This document shows positions 11,321-20,593 of a stretch of 64,000 nucleotides of DNA, in pieces (the stretch's first letter is position 1; the number at the start of each line of letters is the position of its first letter). A model generated the notes under the pieces. It had not been told where the DNA came from. It made no database searches and worked only from the letters and a program-made list of their open reading frames with translations. The stretch is from an uncultured Candidatus Binatia bacterium (GTDB lineage: Bacteria; Desulfobacterota; Binatia; UBA9968; JAJDTQ01). The stretch lies in assembly GCA_965204505.1 (NCBI GenBank), contig CBDBFB010000003.1, forward strand, positions 911,705 through 975,704, written 5' to 3'. A program made the position numbers and the translations under genes.

Positions 11321-11977
11321 TCACTCGCTGGTCTGTCCCGCGGACTCCGCGGCCTGTTCCCCGGCCGCTTCCGCGGTCTCCTCCGCCCCCTCTTCGGCCC
11401 CCTCCTCCGCCAGGGTGGAGACCGTCGGCGCCAGCACCGACACCAGGGTCAGATCCGGAGTGTGGTTGACCACGTCGGGCGGCAGGGTGATGTCGCCGGC
11501 CTTGAGCGCGTGACCGATCTCCAGGGGAGAGACGTCCACTTCTATCTGCGCCGGGATGTCCATGGGCAGGCACTCGACCTCCAGCTCCCGCACGATGGGC
11601 TGCAACACCCCTCCGTGAACGACGCCCTCGGCCCGCCCCACGAAATGAAGGCCGACCATAACGGTGATCTTCCGCGTCACGTCCACCTCGTAGAAGTCGA
11701 TGTGGGCGACGGCGTGGGTCACCGGGTGATACTGCACGTTCTTGATGAGGACGAGCCTGCCGTCGAGACTGTCGGCGGCGGACTTGAACCGGAGCACATG
11801 AGAGCCCTCCAGGCTGCCGACACGGCTCCTGAGATCCCGGCCGTTCACCTGCATGGCGACGCCGTCGGTCCCGCGGCCGTAAACGACTCCCGGAAGGATA
11901 CCGTCGCGCCGCAGGCGTCCCGCGTCGCGCTTGTTGCCGACCTGCCTGGTCTCTACCGGAACTTCTACCGTTTCCAA
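11321..11977 (-). CDS. rplY: 50S ribosomal protein L25/general stress protein Ctc
   Basis: LRRDGILPGVVYG, QYHPV, HIDF, GVVHGG; located between prs and pth. Confidence 0.95.
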   Translation of the reverse strand: METVEVPVETRQVGNKRDAGRLRRDGILPGVVYGRGTDGVAMQVNGRDLRSRVGSLEGSHVLRFKSAADSLDGRLVLIKNVQYHPVTHAVAHIDFYEVDVTRKITVMVGLHFVGRAEGVVHGGVLQPIVRELEVECLPMDIPAQIEVDVSPLEIGHALKAGDITLPPDVVNHTPDLTLVSVLAPTVSTLAEEGAEEGAEETAEAAGEQAAESAGQTSE

Positions 11978-12025
11978 AACCTGAACCTCCTGCGGAACTG
12001 CCGCGAATACCGTGAACGCGGTCGA

Positions 12026-12976
12026 TCAGAAAAGCGAGCTGATGGACCTCTCCAGGTGGGTCCTGCGAATCGCCTCGCCGATGAGAGGCGCCACCGACAG
12101 GGGCTTCAACTTGTTGCATCTGGCCATCTTTTCGCTCAAGGGAACGGTGTCGGTGACCACCATCTCCTCCATCGGCGAGTCGTTGATCCTGTCCAGCGCC
12201 TTGCCCGAGAGGATGGCGTGAGTGCAGCAGCCGATGACCTTGTTGGCGCCGGCCCGGACCAACGCTTCGGCCGCCATGGCGATGGTCCCCGCGGTGTCCA
12301 CCATGTCGTCGATGAGGATGGCGGTCTTGCCGTCCACCTCGCCGATGATGTTCATCTCCTCCACCACGTTGGCGTCGGCGCGGCGCTTGTCGATGACCGC
12401 CATCGCCACGTTCAGCTTGGTGGCAAAGGCCCGCGCGCGCTGGGCGCCGCCCGCGTCCGGCGACACGACGGTCGATTTCTCTCCGCCGACGCGGCTCTCC
12501 AGGTAATGCAGCAGCACCGGCGACGCGTAGAGGTTGTCCACCGGGATGTTGAAGAAGCCCTGTATCTGGCCCGAATGAAGATCCATGGTGAGCATTCGCG
12601 CGGCGCCGGCGGTGGTAATGAGATCCGCCACCAGCTTGGCGCTGATGGGCACCCTGGGGGCCACCTTACGGTCCTGCCGGGCGTAGCCGTAGTAGGGGAT
12701 CACCGCGGTCACCCGCTTGGCCGAGGCGCGCCGGAACGCGTCCAGCATGATCAGCAGCTCCATCAGGTTGTCGTTGCCGGGCGCGCAGGTGGACTGGATC
12801 ACGAAAACGTCGCAGCCGCGCACGTTTTCCTTGATCTCCACCCGGATCTCGCCGTCGCTGAACGTCTCCACCAACGCTTCCCCCAGCGGGATCTCGAGAC
12901 CGTGGCAGATATCGCGCGCCAGCGGGGGATTGGAATTACCCGCGAAGATTCTCATTTCATCGTGCAACGATCCCAT
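12026..12976 (-). CDS. prs: Ribose-phosphate pyrophosphokinase
   Basis: FSDGEI, PYYGYARQDRK, VSPDAGG, IDDMVDTAGT; start at ATG 12976 or the next Met. Confidence 0.97.
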   Translation of the reverse strand: MGSLHDEMRIFAGNSNPPLARDICHGLEIPLGEALVETFSDGEIRVEIKENVRGCDVFVIQSTCAPGNDNLMELLIMLDAFRRASAKRVTAVIPYYGYARQDRKVAPRVPISAKLVADLITTAGAARMLTMDLHSGQIQGFFNIPVDNLYASPVLLHYLESRVGGEKSTVVSPDAGGAQRARAFATKLNVAMAVIDKRRADANVVEEMNIIGEVDGKTAILIDDMVDTAGTIAMAAEALVRAGANKVIGCCTHAILSGKALDRINDSPMEEMVVTDTVPLSEKMARCNKLKPLSVAPLIGEAIRRTHLERSISSLF

Positions 12977-13031
12977 GTCATCTACCTGTTGCCGTGAGAG
13001 AAAGCGCCAGTGCCGTCGTGCCATGTCGGCC

Positions 13032-13058
13032 ACGGGCGGGTTTGAAACGCGCCCCTGC
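13032..13058. repeat. Second REP-like family (GGGCGGGTTT.AA.C.GCCC)
   Basis: ACGGGCGGGTTTGAAACGCGCCCCTGC; related copies at 26591-26617 and 57535-57560. Confidence 0.65.
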
Positions 13059-13081
13059 ACCGGCCTGTCAAGGAGAGAGCT

Positions 13082-13156
13082 TGGCTGGGCGGGAAGGATT
13101 CGAACCTTCGAATACCGGATCCAAAATCCGGGGCCTTACCACTTGGCGACCGCCCA
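13082..13156 (-). tRNA. tRNA-Gln (anticodon TTG)
   Basis: Minus strand TGGGCGGTCGCCAAGTGGTAAGG...CCGGA-TTTTGGA-TCCGG...GGTTCGAATCC...GCCCAGCCA: cloverleaf with encoded CCA, canonical position upstream of prs. Confidence 0.96.
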
Positions 13157-13196
13157 TCCCGTCCCGTCGGCGTCCGCGTGTGCTGTCCGGGAACGG

Positions 13197-13481
13197 CTAG
13201 CCGTCATCCCGGTCCTGGCCCGCATCGCCCGTTGTAACTTCCCTGTATGCCGCGATAATCCTTTCTTCGATCATCCTGCGCGTTTCGCTGTTGAGCGGGT
13301 GCGCCACATCCTTGTAGGTGCCATCCCGGCGTTTCTTGCTGGGCATGGAAACGAACAGACCCGAGGTGCCGCGAATGACCTTGAGGTCCCGAACCACGAA
13401 GCAGTCGTCCAGGGTGATGGTCACATAAGCCTTGAGCTTATCCTCCTCGACGGGAAAGACCTTGACTTCCGTGACCTCCAC
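13197..13481 (-). CDS. spoVG: Septation regulator SpoVG-family nucleic-acid-binding protein
   Basis: MEVTEVKV, LKAYVTITLDDCFVVRDLKVI, GLFVSMPS, DVAHPLN. Confidence 0.95.
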   Translation of the reverse strand: MEVTEVKVFPVEEDKLKAYVTITLDDCFVVRDLKVIRGTSGLFVSMPSKKRRDGTYKDVAHPLNSETRRMIEERIIAAYREVTTGDAGQDRDDG

Positions 13482-13520
13482 AGGGACCTCCTTTCCGTCC
13501 GGAGACGGATGGCGCTGCCC

Positions 13521-14369
13521 TTATGTCAGCGAAAAAGCCAGATACGCGCGAACGTCTTTTTCGCCGTCGAAGCCCGCGAACGCTCTCTTGGCATCCGCCT
13601 CGTCAGCGAATACCCCGAAGACCGCGGAGCCGCTGCCGGACATCAGGCTGCCGAGCGCGCCCTCCCGGTCAAGGCGTTCCTTGAGGCGGGCAATGCGCGG
13701 ATAGCGGCCGATGGTTACCGTCTCAAGGTCGTTGACCATGACCGGAGCCACTTCGTGAGGAGTGTCCAATTTTCCGATCAAACTATTATTCCTGGACGAT
13801 TTTGTCAACTTGAACCGGAAGTTGCGGTAGGCCCAGGCGGTGGATACCGGCAGGTTCGGAAACAGCACCACCATCGCGAGCCGGGGCAGCGGTCCCGCCG
13901 GGCTCAGCTCCTCGCCGATCCCCCGCGCCCGCGCCGCCTCGCCGCGGATGAAGAACGGCACGTCGGCACCCACCGAAAGCGCCACCGCCATGAGATCTTC
14001 GGTGGACAGGCCCGCGCCGAGCAGTTCGTTCAACCCGCGCAGGACGGCGGCGGCATCGGTGCTGCCGCCGCCGAGGCCGGCACCGATCGGAATGCGTTTC
14101 CGGATGGTTATCGCGACGGGGTCGTCGCGGCCGGTACGTTCATGGAAGGCCCGCGCGGCCCGAAAGACGGTATTCTCCTCCCCCAGGGGAAGGTCGGGGG
14201 CGTCGGCGTGGACCGTCACGGACTTCGGAGGCCTGTCGACCCGGGTGATCTCGACCTCGTCGCCCAAGCTGATGGGCACCATCAGGGTATCGAGCAGATG
14301 ATAGCCGTCGTCACGCCGGCCCGTGATCCGGAGGTAGAGATTCACCTTGGCGGGCGCGAATAGCTTCAT
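13521..14369 (-). CDS. ispE: 4-diphosphocytidyl-2-C-methyl-D-erythritol kinase
   Basis: APAKVNLYL, KRIPIGAGLGGGSTDAA, GADVPFF, MSGSGS. Confidence 0.96.
   Translation of the reverse strand: MKLFAPAKVNLYLRITGRRDDGYHLLDTLMVPISLGDEVEITRVDRPPKSVTVHADAPDLPLGEENTVFRAARAFHERTGRDDPVAITIRKRIPIGAGLGGGSTDAAAVLRGLNELLGAGLSTEDLMAVALSVGADVPFFIRGEAARARGIGEELSPAGPLPRLAMVVLFPNLPVSTAWAYRNFRFKLTKSSRNNSLIGKLDTPHEVAPVMVNDLETVTIGRYPRIARLKERLDREGALGSLMSGSGSAVFGVFADEADAKRAFAGFDGEKDVRAYLAFSLT
13780..13808 (-). promoter_or_regulatory. Putative sigma70 promoter inside ispE driving spoVG-tRNA-Gln-prs
   Basis: Minus strand TTGACA-N17-TAGTTT within a local AT-rich patch of a GC-rich CDS. Confidence 0.65.
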
Positions 14370-14373
14370 GCCC

Positions 14374-15462
14374 TCAAGGCTTGATCAGCGCCTTGGTCGG
14401 AAACAACTCGGGCACCTCGCCTCCCACCGCGCGGATGCACTGCTCGGTCTCGTCGAGCGAGAAGACATGGCTCACCATCTGCTCCACCGGGAAGCCGGTG
14501 GTTTCCATGAGCCGGAGGGTGGCGTCGATGGCGTCGTTGTCGCCGGTGTAGGTCCCCTGCACGCAGATCTCGCCCCATACGAGACGGTCCATGGGCATGG
14601 GGGTGAGGGTCTTGTCGCCCGTCAGCCCGCCGAGCACGAGCTTGCCCTGGCGCCTGAGACACTCCACCGAGGTGACGATGGCGGCCGGGCTGCCGGAGAC
14701 GTCGACGGCGACGTCGCACATGGCGCCGCCGGTCTCCTCGCGGATCACCTCCGCGACATCCTCCTCTTCCACGTTGATGGTGCGGTGCGCCCCGAACTTC
14801 TCGGCCACCTCCAGCCGGCTCTTGTCGCGCCCGATGCCGGCCACGAAGATACGCGCGGCGCCCGCGTGGCTCGACGCGAAGGTGCAGGCCAGCCCCTGCT
14901 GGCCGGGACCCTGTATCAACACGTAGTCGCCCATCTTGACGCCGCCGTGACGCAACGCCCACTGGAAGCCGTTGGCCATCACCGCTCCGACCAGGGCCGC
15001 GGCTTCCGGCGGCAGGTCGTCGCTGATGCGGGTCAGCAGCGCGGAGGGTGTGATGTACAGATATTCGGCGAAACCGCCGAAGAGATGCGGCGGATCGGCG
15101 GACGACATCCGCGAGCCGTACGCGGCGCGCTGCTTGCAGAAGCGGTCGCCGCCGCGGCGGCAGTCCGCGCACCGGCCGCACCCGAGGGACCCCTTGATGA
15201 TCACTCGGTCGCCTTCCTTGACGCCATGGATCTGCGCCGCCCGGGCGCCGAGCTTGTCCACCCGGCCGAGGATCTCGTGGCCGAGGATCATGGGCAGGGG
15301 CAGGTTGAGCTTGCCGGTGTAGTACTTGTAGTCCGTGCCGCACACCCCGCCCATCTCGACCTTCAGGAGTCCGCCGTCCGCCGGAATGTCCGGCACCGGG
15401 TACTCCCGCACCTCGATCCTGCCGTACTCCACCAGCGTCGCCGCTCTACAGGTTTCGCTCAT
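14374..15462 (-). CDS. Zinc-binding alcohol dehydrogenase (MDR family), paralogue 2
   Basis: GVCGTD, LGHE, structural Zn motif CGRCADC..C, GPGQQG. Confidence 0.9.
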   Translation of the reverse strand: MSETCRAATLVEYGRIEVREYPVPDIPADGGLLKVEMGGVCGTDYKYYTGKLNLPLPMILGHEILGRVDKLGARAAQIHGVKEGDRVIIKGSLGCGRCADCRRGGDRFCKQRAAYGSRMSSADPPHLFGGFAEYLYITPSALLTRISDDLPPEAAALVGAVMANGFQWALRHGGVKMGDYVLIQGPGQQGLACTFASSHAGAARIFVAGIGRDKSRLEVAEKFGAHRTINVEEEDVAEVIREETGGAMCDVAVDVSGSPAAIVTSVECLRRQGKLVLGGLTGDKTLTPMPMDRLVWGEICVQGTYTGDNDAIDATLRLMETTGFPVEQMVSHVFSLDETEQCIRAVGGEVPELFPTKALIKP

Positions 15463-15505
15463 AAAGCCTCGCTGCTTCCCCGACTCCGGCCAACGAGACG
15501 ATCCC

Positions 15506-15533
15506 GTAGGGGCGACCGGCCGGTCGCCCCTAC
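15506..15533. repeat. GTAG-type REP, perfect 28-bp palindrome
   Basis: GTAGGGGCGACCGG|CCGGTCGCCCCTAC between the two ADH paralogues. Confidence 0.9.
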
Positions 15534-15586
15534 ATGCCTCGCCCGGCAGTCCAGGGTCTGCACCTTCCCTATCGCATTCCAGTCCA

Positions 15587-16675
15587 CTAGGGCTTGATCA
15601 GCGCCTTGGTCGGGAACATCTCCGGGATCTCGCCGGCCACGGCCTGGATGCACTTCTCGGTGTCCTCCAGCGGGAACACGTGGCTCACCATTTCCTCCAC
15701 CGGGAACTTGGTGGCCTCCATCAGGCGCAGGGTTGCATCCACCGCGTCGTTGTCGCCGGTGAAGCAGCCCTGGAGCTTGATCTCGCCCCACACGAGCTTG
15801 TCCATGTGGACCTCGGTGATGGTCTTGTCGCCGGTGAGGCCGGCCAGCACCATGGTCCCCTGGCGGCGCAGGCAATCGATGGAGGCGAGGATCGCCTTGG
15901 GGCTTCCCGACACGTCCACCACCACGTCGCACAAGGCGCCGTCGGTCTCTTCCCGGACGACATCCACCACGTTCTCTTCCTCGACGTTGATGATACGGTC
16001 GGCGCCCCACTTCTTCGCCAGCTCCATGCGGGGCAGGTCCCGGCCGATGCCGGACACGAAGATCTTGGCAGCACCCGCGTGCTTCGAGGCCCAGGTGCAC
16101 GCCAGCCCCTGCTGGCCGGGACCCTGGATCAGCACGTAGTCGCCCATCTTGACGCCGCCGCGCCTGAGCGCCCACTGGAAGCCGTTGGCCATGACCGAGC
16201 CGATGAGGGCCGCCGCCTCCGCCGACAGGTCCTCGCTGATCTTGGTCATCAGCACATCCGGGGCCAGGTAGAGGTAGTCGGCGAAGCCGCCGAACAGGTG
16301 CGGTGGGTTGGCGGAGGTGGTGCGGCCGCCGTAGTTGGTGCGGTTCCTGCAGAAGCGCTGCGCGTTGCGCCGGCAGTCGGCGCAGCGGCCGCAGCCGATG
16401 GCGCCCTTCATGATCACCCGGTCGCCTTCCTTGACGCCGTGGATCTTCTCCGCCTTGGAGCCGAGCTTGTGCACCCGTCCCAGGATCTCGTGGCCCAGGA
16501 TGATGGGAAGCGGCAGGTTGATGCGGCCGTGATAGTACTTGACGTCCGAGCCGCACACACCACCCGCCTCCACCTTGAGAAGCCCGCCGTCGTCGGGGAT
16601 GTCGGGAATAGGATATTCCCGGATCTCGATCTTGTCGGGGGCAAGCAGGGTCGCTGCTCTGCTGGTCTCTGCCAT
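15587..16675 (-). CDS. Zinc-binding alcohol dehydrogenase (MDR family), paralogue 1
   Basis: Same motifs and same length (362 aa) as 14374-15462; collinear throughout. Confidence 0.9.
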   Translation of the reverse strand: MAETSRAATLLAPDKIEIREYPIPDIPDDGGLLKVEAGGVCGSDVKYYHGRINLPLPIILGHEILGRVHKLGSKAEKIHGVKEGDRVIMKGAIGCGRCADCRRNAQRFCRNRTNYGGRTTSANPPHLFGGFADYLYLAPDVLMTKISEDLSAEAAALIGSVMANGFQWALRRGGVKMGDYVLIQGPGQQGLACTWASKHAGAAKIFVSGIGRDLPRMELAKKWGADRIINVEEENVVDVVREETDGALCDVVVDVSGSPKAILASIDCLRRQGTMVLAGLTGDKTITEVHMDKLVWGEIKLQGCFTGDNDAVDATLRLMEATKFPVEEMVSHVFPLEDTEKCIQAVAGEIPEMFPTKALIKP

Positions 16676-16738
16676 CGTGTACCTCCTTGATCAGCCCATT
16701 TTGTTCCTACCGTTTCACGCGACCGCCCCTCCTCGCCC

Positions 16739-16764
16739 GGATTCCCGATTTCGCGGGAATGACG
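16739..16764. repeat. Single divergent CGTC-type palindrome unit
   Basis: GGATTCCCGATTTCGCGGGAATGACG. Confidence 0.7.
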
Positions 16765-16786
16765 AAGAAAGGCGCTCAGTTGATAC

Positions 16787-18142
16787 TCAGTCGATATAGT
16801 CCTCCACCCGGATCCGCTCGCGAACCGCGTCGGGTACGGCCAGCCGCTTGGGGAAGTCTTTCCTCTTCTTGGTGGCGTCGATCACCATCTTGGCGGTCGT
16901 GCCTCCCTGGCCGCTCGACGGGTCCGTCTCCGAACCCTGGCAACGGGGAATGATGAACGTGTCGGTGTCCGCCTGCACGCGGTTGGCCACCGCCCACATG
17001 ACGTCGCGCTCGTTGTAGACGTTCACGTCGCCATCCACGACGATCACCAGCTTGAGGTAGAGGTCGGTGGCCATGGCCGCCATGACCGCGTTGCGGACCT
17101 CGCCGTCGGAGCGCTTGTCCAGGGAGATGTAGCAGTGGAAGCGGCAGTTGCCCGAGGGCGGCATGTGCACGGCCCGGGTGCCGGCGGCCACCGCCTTCAC
17201 CGCCCGGAAGATCGCCGCCTCCCGGGGAATGGAACCCATGAGCCGTTGCTCCGAGTGGCCGGTGAAGATGTCCTGGTAGAGGGGCTTTTCCCGAAGCGTC
17301 ACGCCGGTGATCTCCGATACGTGATTCCTGCGCACGCCCACGGCGTGGCCGGTGAACTCGCCGAAGGGCCCTTCCTCCTCGCGCACGTTGGGCAAAATCC
17401 TCCCCTCGAACACCATCTCCGCGTGGGCCGGGACCTCGAGGGGAACGGTCTCGCACCGCACCAGCGGCACCGGCCGCTCCATCATGCCGCCGATGACATC
17501 GTACTCGTCCACGTCGAAAGGCGCCAGCGAAAGCGCACCGATGGCGAAGGCCGGATGGACCCCCACGATGAAGGCGATGTCCAGCGGTTCGCCCCTCTCC
17601 TCGGCGTTGCGCGCGCAGCGCATGAGGTGCATGCCGGGGGCGAGGTGCATGCGCAGGCGGTTCCGCTCCACCATCATGGCGCGGTTGAAGCTCAAATTGC
17701 GCACCCCGCTCACGGGGTCCCGGGCGACGACGATGCCCGCGGTCACGTAAGGGGCGGTGCTGATATCGAAGTGGGTCAGCAGCGGGATCTCGCCCAGGTC
17801 CACGTCCGCCCCCGTGCGCACCACCGCCTTGACCGGACCGTCCTTCACCAGCTCCGGCGCGGCGGGGCTGCTCTCCCGCCGCCGGTACTCCTCCACCAGG
17901 TCGTTGGCGTCCACGCCCAGCGCCATGGCCAGGCGATGCCGGGTGGCGTGGAGGTTGGTGATGACGGGCATGGAGAAGCCCTGCACCTCGTGCACGAACA
18001 GGGTGGGATACCGGTCGGACGACTCCAGCTCCATGAGCAGGCCGGTGACATCGTGCTCGGGCCGCACCGGCTTGCGGATGTGCAGCAGTTCCCCGGGGCC
18101 CTCGCCTTCCAGCCGGTCCATGAACGTCCGCAGGTCCATCAT
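16787..18142 (-). CDS. UbiD-family (prFMN-dependent) decarboxylase
   Basis: RNLSFNR, VPAHAEMVFEG, EGPFGEFTGH, VIVVDGDVNV, KMVIDAT. Confidence 0.92.
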   Translation of the reverse strand: MMDLRTFMDRLEGEGPGELLHIRKPVRPEHDVTGLLMELESSDRYPTLFVHEVQGFSMPVITNLHATRHRLAMALGVDANDLVEEYRRRESSPAAPELVKDGPVKAVVRTGADVDLGEIPLLTHFDISTAPYVTAGIVVARDPVSGVRNLSFNRAMMVERNRLRMHLAPGMHLMRCARNAEERGEPLDIAFIVGVHPAFAIGALSLAPFDVDEYDVIGGMMERPVPLVRCETVPLEVPAHAEMVFEGRILPNVREEEGPFGEFTGHAVGVRRNHVSEITGVTLREKPLYQDIFTGHSEQRLMGSIPREAAIFRAVKAVAAGTRAVHMPPSGNCRFHCYISLDKRSDGEVRNAVMAAMATDLYLKLVIVVDGDVNVYNERDVMWAVANRVQADTDTFIIPRCQGSETDPSSGQGGTTAKMVIDATKKRKDFPKRLAVPDAVRERIRVEDYID

Positions 18143-18166
18143 ACGGTTTTCTCCGTGCGCTCGCGA

Positions 18167-19171
18167 TCAGCCGGTGCCGAACAGCCGCTGCGCGTTGCCG
18201 CCCACGATCTTGTCCTTGTCGGCCGGGTCCAGCCGGATCCTGTCGATGATCTCCAGCGGCCTGAGATCGCCGATGCCGAAGGGGCAGTCGCTGCCCAGCA
18301 ACACGTGGTCCGCTCCCACCTCCGCGATCAGGAACTCCAGCACGTCCGTCTCGAACACGATGGTGTCGTAGTAGAACCAGCGCAGCACGTCCCGGCCCAT
18401 GAGCGCGGTGGTCTTCTGGATGTCCGGCTGGATCTCCCGGCCGCGCGTCATGCGGCCGAACTGGTAGGGCAGGAACCCGCCGCCGTGGCAAAGGATGATC
18501 TTGAGGTCCGGGAAGCGGTCCAGCACGCCGCTGAAGTACATGCTGGCCACTCCCACGGTGGTGTCGGCCAGGAGGCCCACGATGTGGGTAAGGAAATACT
18601 TGCCCAGCCGCTCGATCCCCAGGGGGTTCAGCGGGTGGATGATCAGGGGCACTTGCATGCGCTCGGCGGCCTTCCAGAAGGGATCCAGCCCCGGGTCGTC
18701 GAGGTTGGCGCTGCCGATGCTGGGGCCGATCATGGCGCCCATGAGGCCGCACTCCTTGACAGCGTACTCCAGCTCCTCGGCGGCCCGCGCGCCGTCCTGC
18801 AACGGCACCGTGGCGGTGCCCCGGAAAAGCCCCTCCCTGTCGCCGTCCGCCAGGGCCTCGCGCATGGAGTCATTCAGCATACGGCTCCAGTTCACCGCCT
18901 GCTCCACCGGCAGCGTGTAGCCCACGATGTCCATCCACACGGACAGGATCTGCCGGTCCAGGCAGGTGTCCCGCACCGTGTCGATACGCCTGGACAGGTC
19001 CGTGGCCGGCGCCAGGATGGGCCGGGCCAGCGGCCTCTCCGGCCCTCCCAGCCGCAGACGCGGTCCTTGCGGGGTTTCCTCCCCTACCTCGACGCCGAAG
19101 GACGAGCCGTCCTTGCGGAGCCGTTCGATCACCGCCGGCGGTACGTAGTGAGCGTGACAGTCGATGTTCAT
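18167..19171 (-). CDS. Amidohydrolase_2 family protein (ACMSD-like decarboxylase/hydratase)
   Basis: IDCHAH, IIHP, ILCHGGG, YYDT, LLGSDCPF, GGNAQRLF. Confidence 0.88.
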   Translation of the reverse strand: MNIDCHAHYVPPAVIERLRKDGSSFGVEVGEETPQGPRLRLGGPERPLARPILAPATDLSRRIDTVRDTCLDRQILSVWMDIVGYTLPVEQAVNWSRMLNDSMREALADGDREGLFRGTATVPLQDGARAAEELEYAVKECGLMGAMIGPSIGSANLDDPGLDPFWKAAERMQVPLIIHPLNPLGIERLGKYFLTHIVGLLADTTVGVASMYFSGVLDRFPDLKIILCHGGGFLPYQFGRMTRGREIQPDIQKTTALMGRDVLRWFYYDTIVFETDVLEFLIAEVGADHVLLGSDCPFGIGDLRPLEIIDRIRLDPADKDKIVGGNAQRLFGTG

Positions 19172-19214
19172 GTTGTTGCCTCGGTGATGCGTAACAGGGT
19201 CAGGACGCTCGGGC

Positions 19215-19826
19215 TCAATTCTTCAAAAATCTGACCGGCATGGGCATGCTGAGGATGTTCAGGCCCTCGGTCTTCTCCACGTGGCGGATGAAACGGTACT
19301 TGTTCTCCACCTCGTCCATGGGATACGGCGGCACCTCGCTGCGGGACGTCTCGACCTTGAGCCCGATGAAGGCGGCATCCCCGCCTTCGAGCGCTTCGGA
19401 GAAGACCGTGCGCAGCTCCTCCGGGCTCGCAGCCCACGACGCCCGGCGAATTCCCGCCGCCCGCGCCATGTCGACAAGGTCCGTGCCGGCGCCGGTGGCG
19501 GTGTCGATCTCGCCCGAGGCCTCGTAGACCTCGTTGTCGAGGACCACGTGGGTCAGGTTGGGCGGGTTCTTGCGGGCGATGGTGGGCAGGCTGCAGAGGT
19601 TCATCAGCAGCGAGCCGTCCCCGTCGATGGCGACGACCTGCCGGTGGGGCAGCCCCAGGGCAACTCCCAGGGCGATGGACGAAACCAGCCCCATGGTGCG
19701 GACCCGGAAGTTGCCGTCCCCCGGCCGGCACGCGTACCACTCGACGGTGTTGCCGCCGGCGCCGGTCACCACCAGGGCATCCCCGGCCAGGTCGGCCATG
19801 ACCTTGAAACACTCGATGCGCTTCAT
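19215..19826 (-). CDS. ThDP-dependent decarboxylase beta subunit (sulfopyruvate/phosphonopyruvate decarboxylase ComE-like)
   Basis: MGLVSSIALG, DGDGSLLMN...DNEVY ThDP-binding motif. Confidence 0.85.
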   Translation of the reverse strand: MKRIECFKVMADLAGDALVVTGAGGNTVEWYACRPGDGNFRVRTMGLVSSIALGVALGLPHRQVVAIDGDGSLLMNLCSLPTIARKNPPNLTHVVLDNEVYEASGEIDTATGAGTDLVDMARAAGIRRASWAASPEELRTVFSEALEGGDAAFIGLKVETSRSEVPPYPMDEVENKYRFIRHVEKTEGLNILSMPMPVRFLKN

Positions 19827-19847
19827 CGATCCGTCCGCGCCGTCGCG

Positions 19848-20363
19848 TTATTCCCCGGGACGTCGCCGCCCCAGCACGTCCTTGGTCAGCAGCACGGCCA
19901 CCGGCCGCTTGTAATCCTGGGTCAGCACCTGCGTCCGCTTGATAAGTGTCCTGGCCTCCTCCGGGTCCCGCAGGGTGAAATGGCGGATGCCGAGAGCGTC
20001 GAGAACCGGCTGGGTCATGGCGCCGTTGGTGCTGAAGGAACGGTCGCCCACGTCCCCGGCGAAGTAAACGAGGAGCAGTAGCGGCAGGTTGTATTGCAGC
20101 AGCGTGGAGACGATGCCGTTGACGCTGTTGAACAGCCCGCCGTTCTGCATGATCATCGCGCACTTCTTGCCGACGAGATAACCGCCCGTGCAGATGCCGA
20201 TGCCTTCCTCTTCCCGGCACAGCGGCACGTGGGTGATGTCCGGATCGGCCGCCACCCGCTCCAGCAGCGCGTGCAGGTTGATGTCGGGCAGGGTCGCCAC
20301 CATGTCGACCCCGGCCTCCTTGAGCCCTTCGACGATCATTTCCGGCCCGGGATGGCCGGTCAC
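19848..20363 (-). CDS. ThDP-dependent decarboxylase alpha subunit (ComD-like)
   Basis: LPD, CREEEGIGICTG, MQNGGLFN; GTG at 20363 preceded by GGAG. Confidence 0.85.
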   Translation of the reverse strand: MTGHPGPEMIVEGLKEAGVDMVATLPDINLHALLERVAADPDITHVPLCREEEGIGICTGGYLVGKKCAMIMQNGGLFNSVNGIVSTLLQYNLPLLLLVYFAGDVGDRSFSTNGAMTQPVLDALGIRHFTLRDPEEARTLIKRTQVLTQDYKRPVAVLLTKDVLGRRRPGE

Positions 20364-20593
20364 GTGACGCTTCTCCGTTCCATTTCGAAGTCTGAATATC
20401 ACTTTTTGCACCAGTGGCGTCAACCGTTCCGATGCACACCGGCCGGTCTCCGGACACCCTTCCCGGGCCGAGTTGCGGGGACCCCGGCTATTGGCTACGT
20501 TTTTAATCAGGGGCGCGTGTTGGCGGGTCCCTCAAGCCCGCGACCCTCGGACCAGGTCGACCGGTTAACCGAGGTGGTCGCCAAGGAGCTGTA

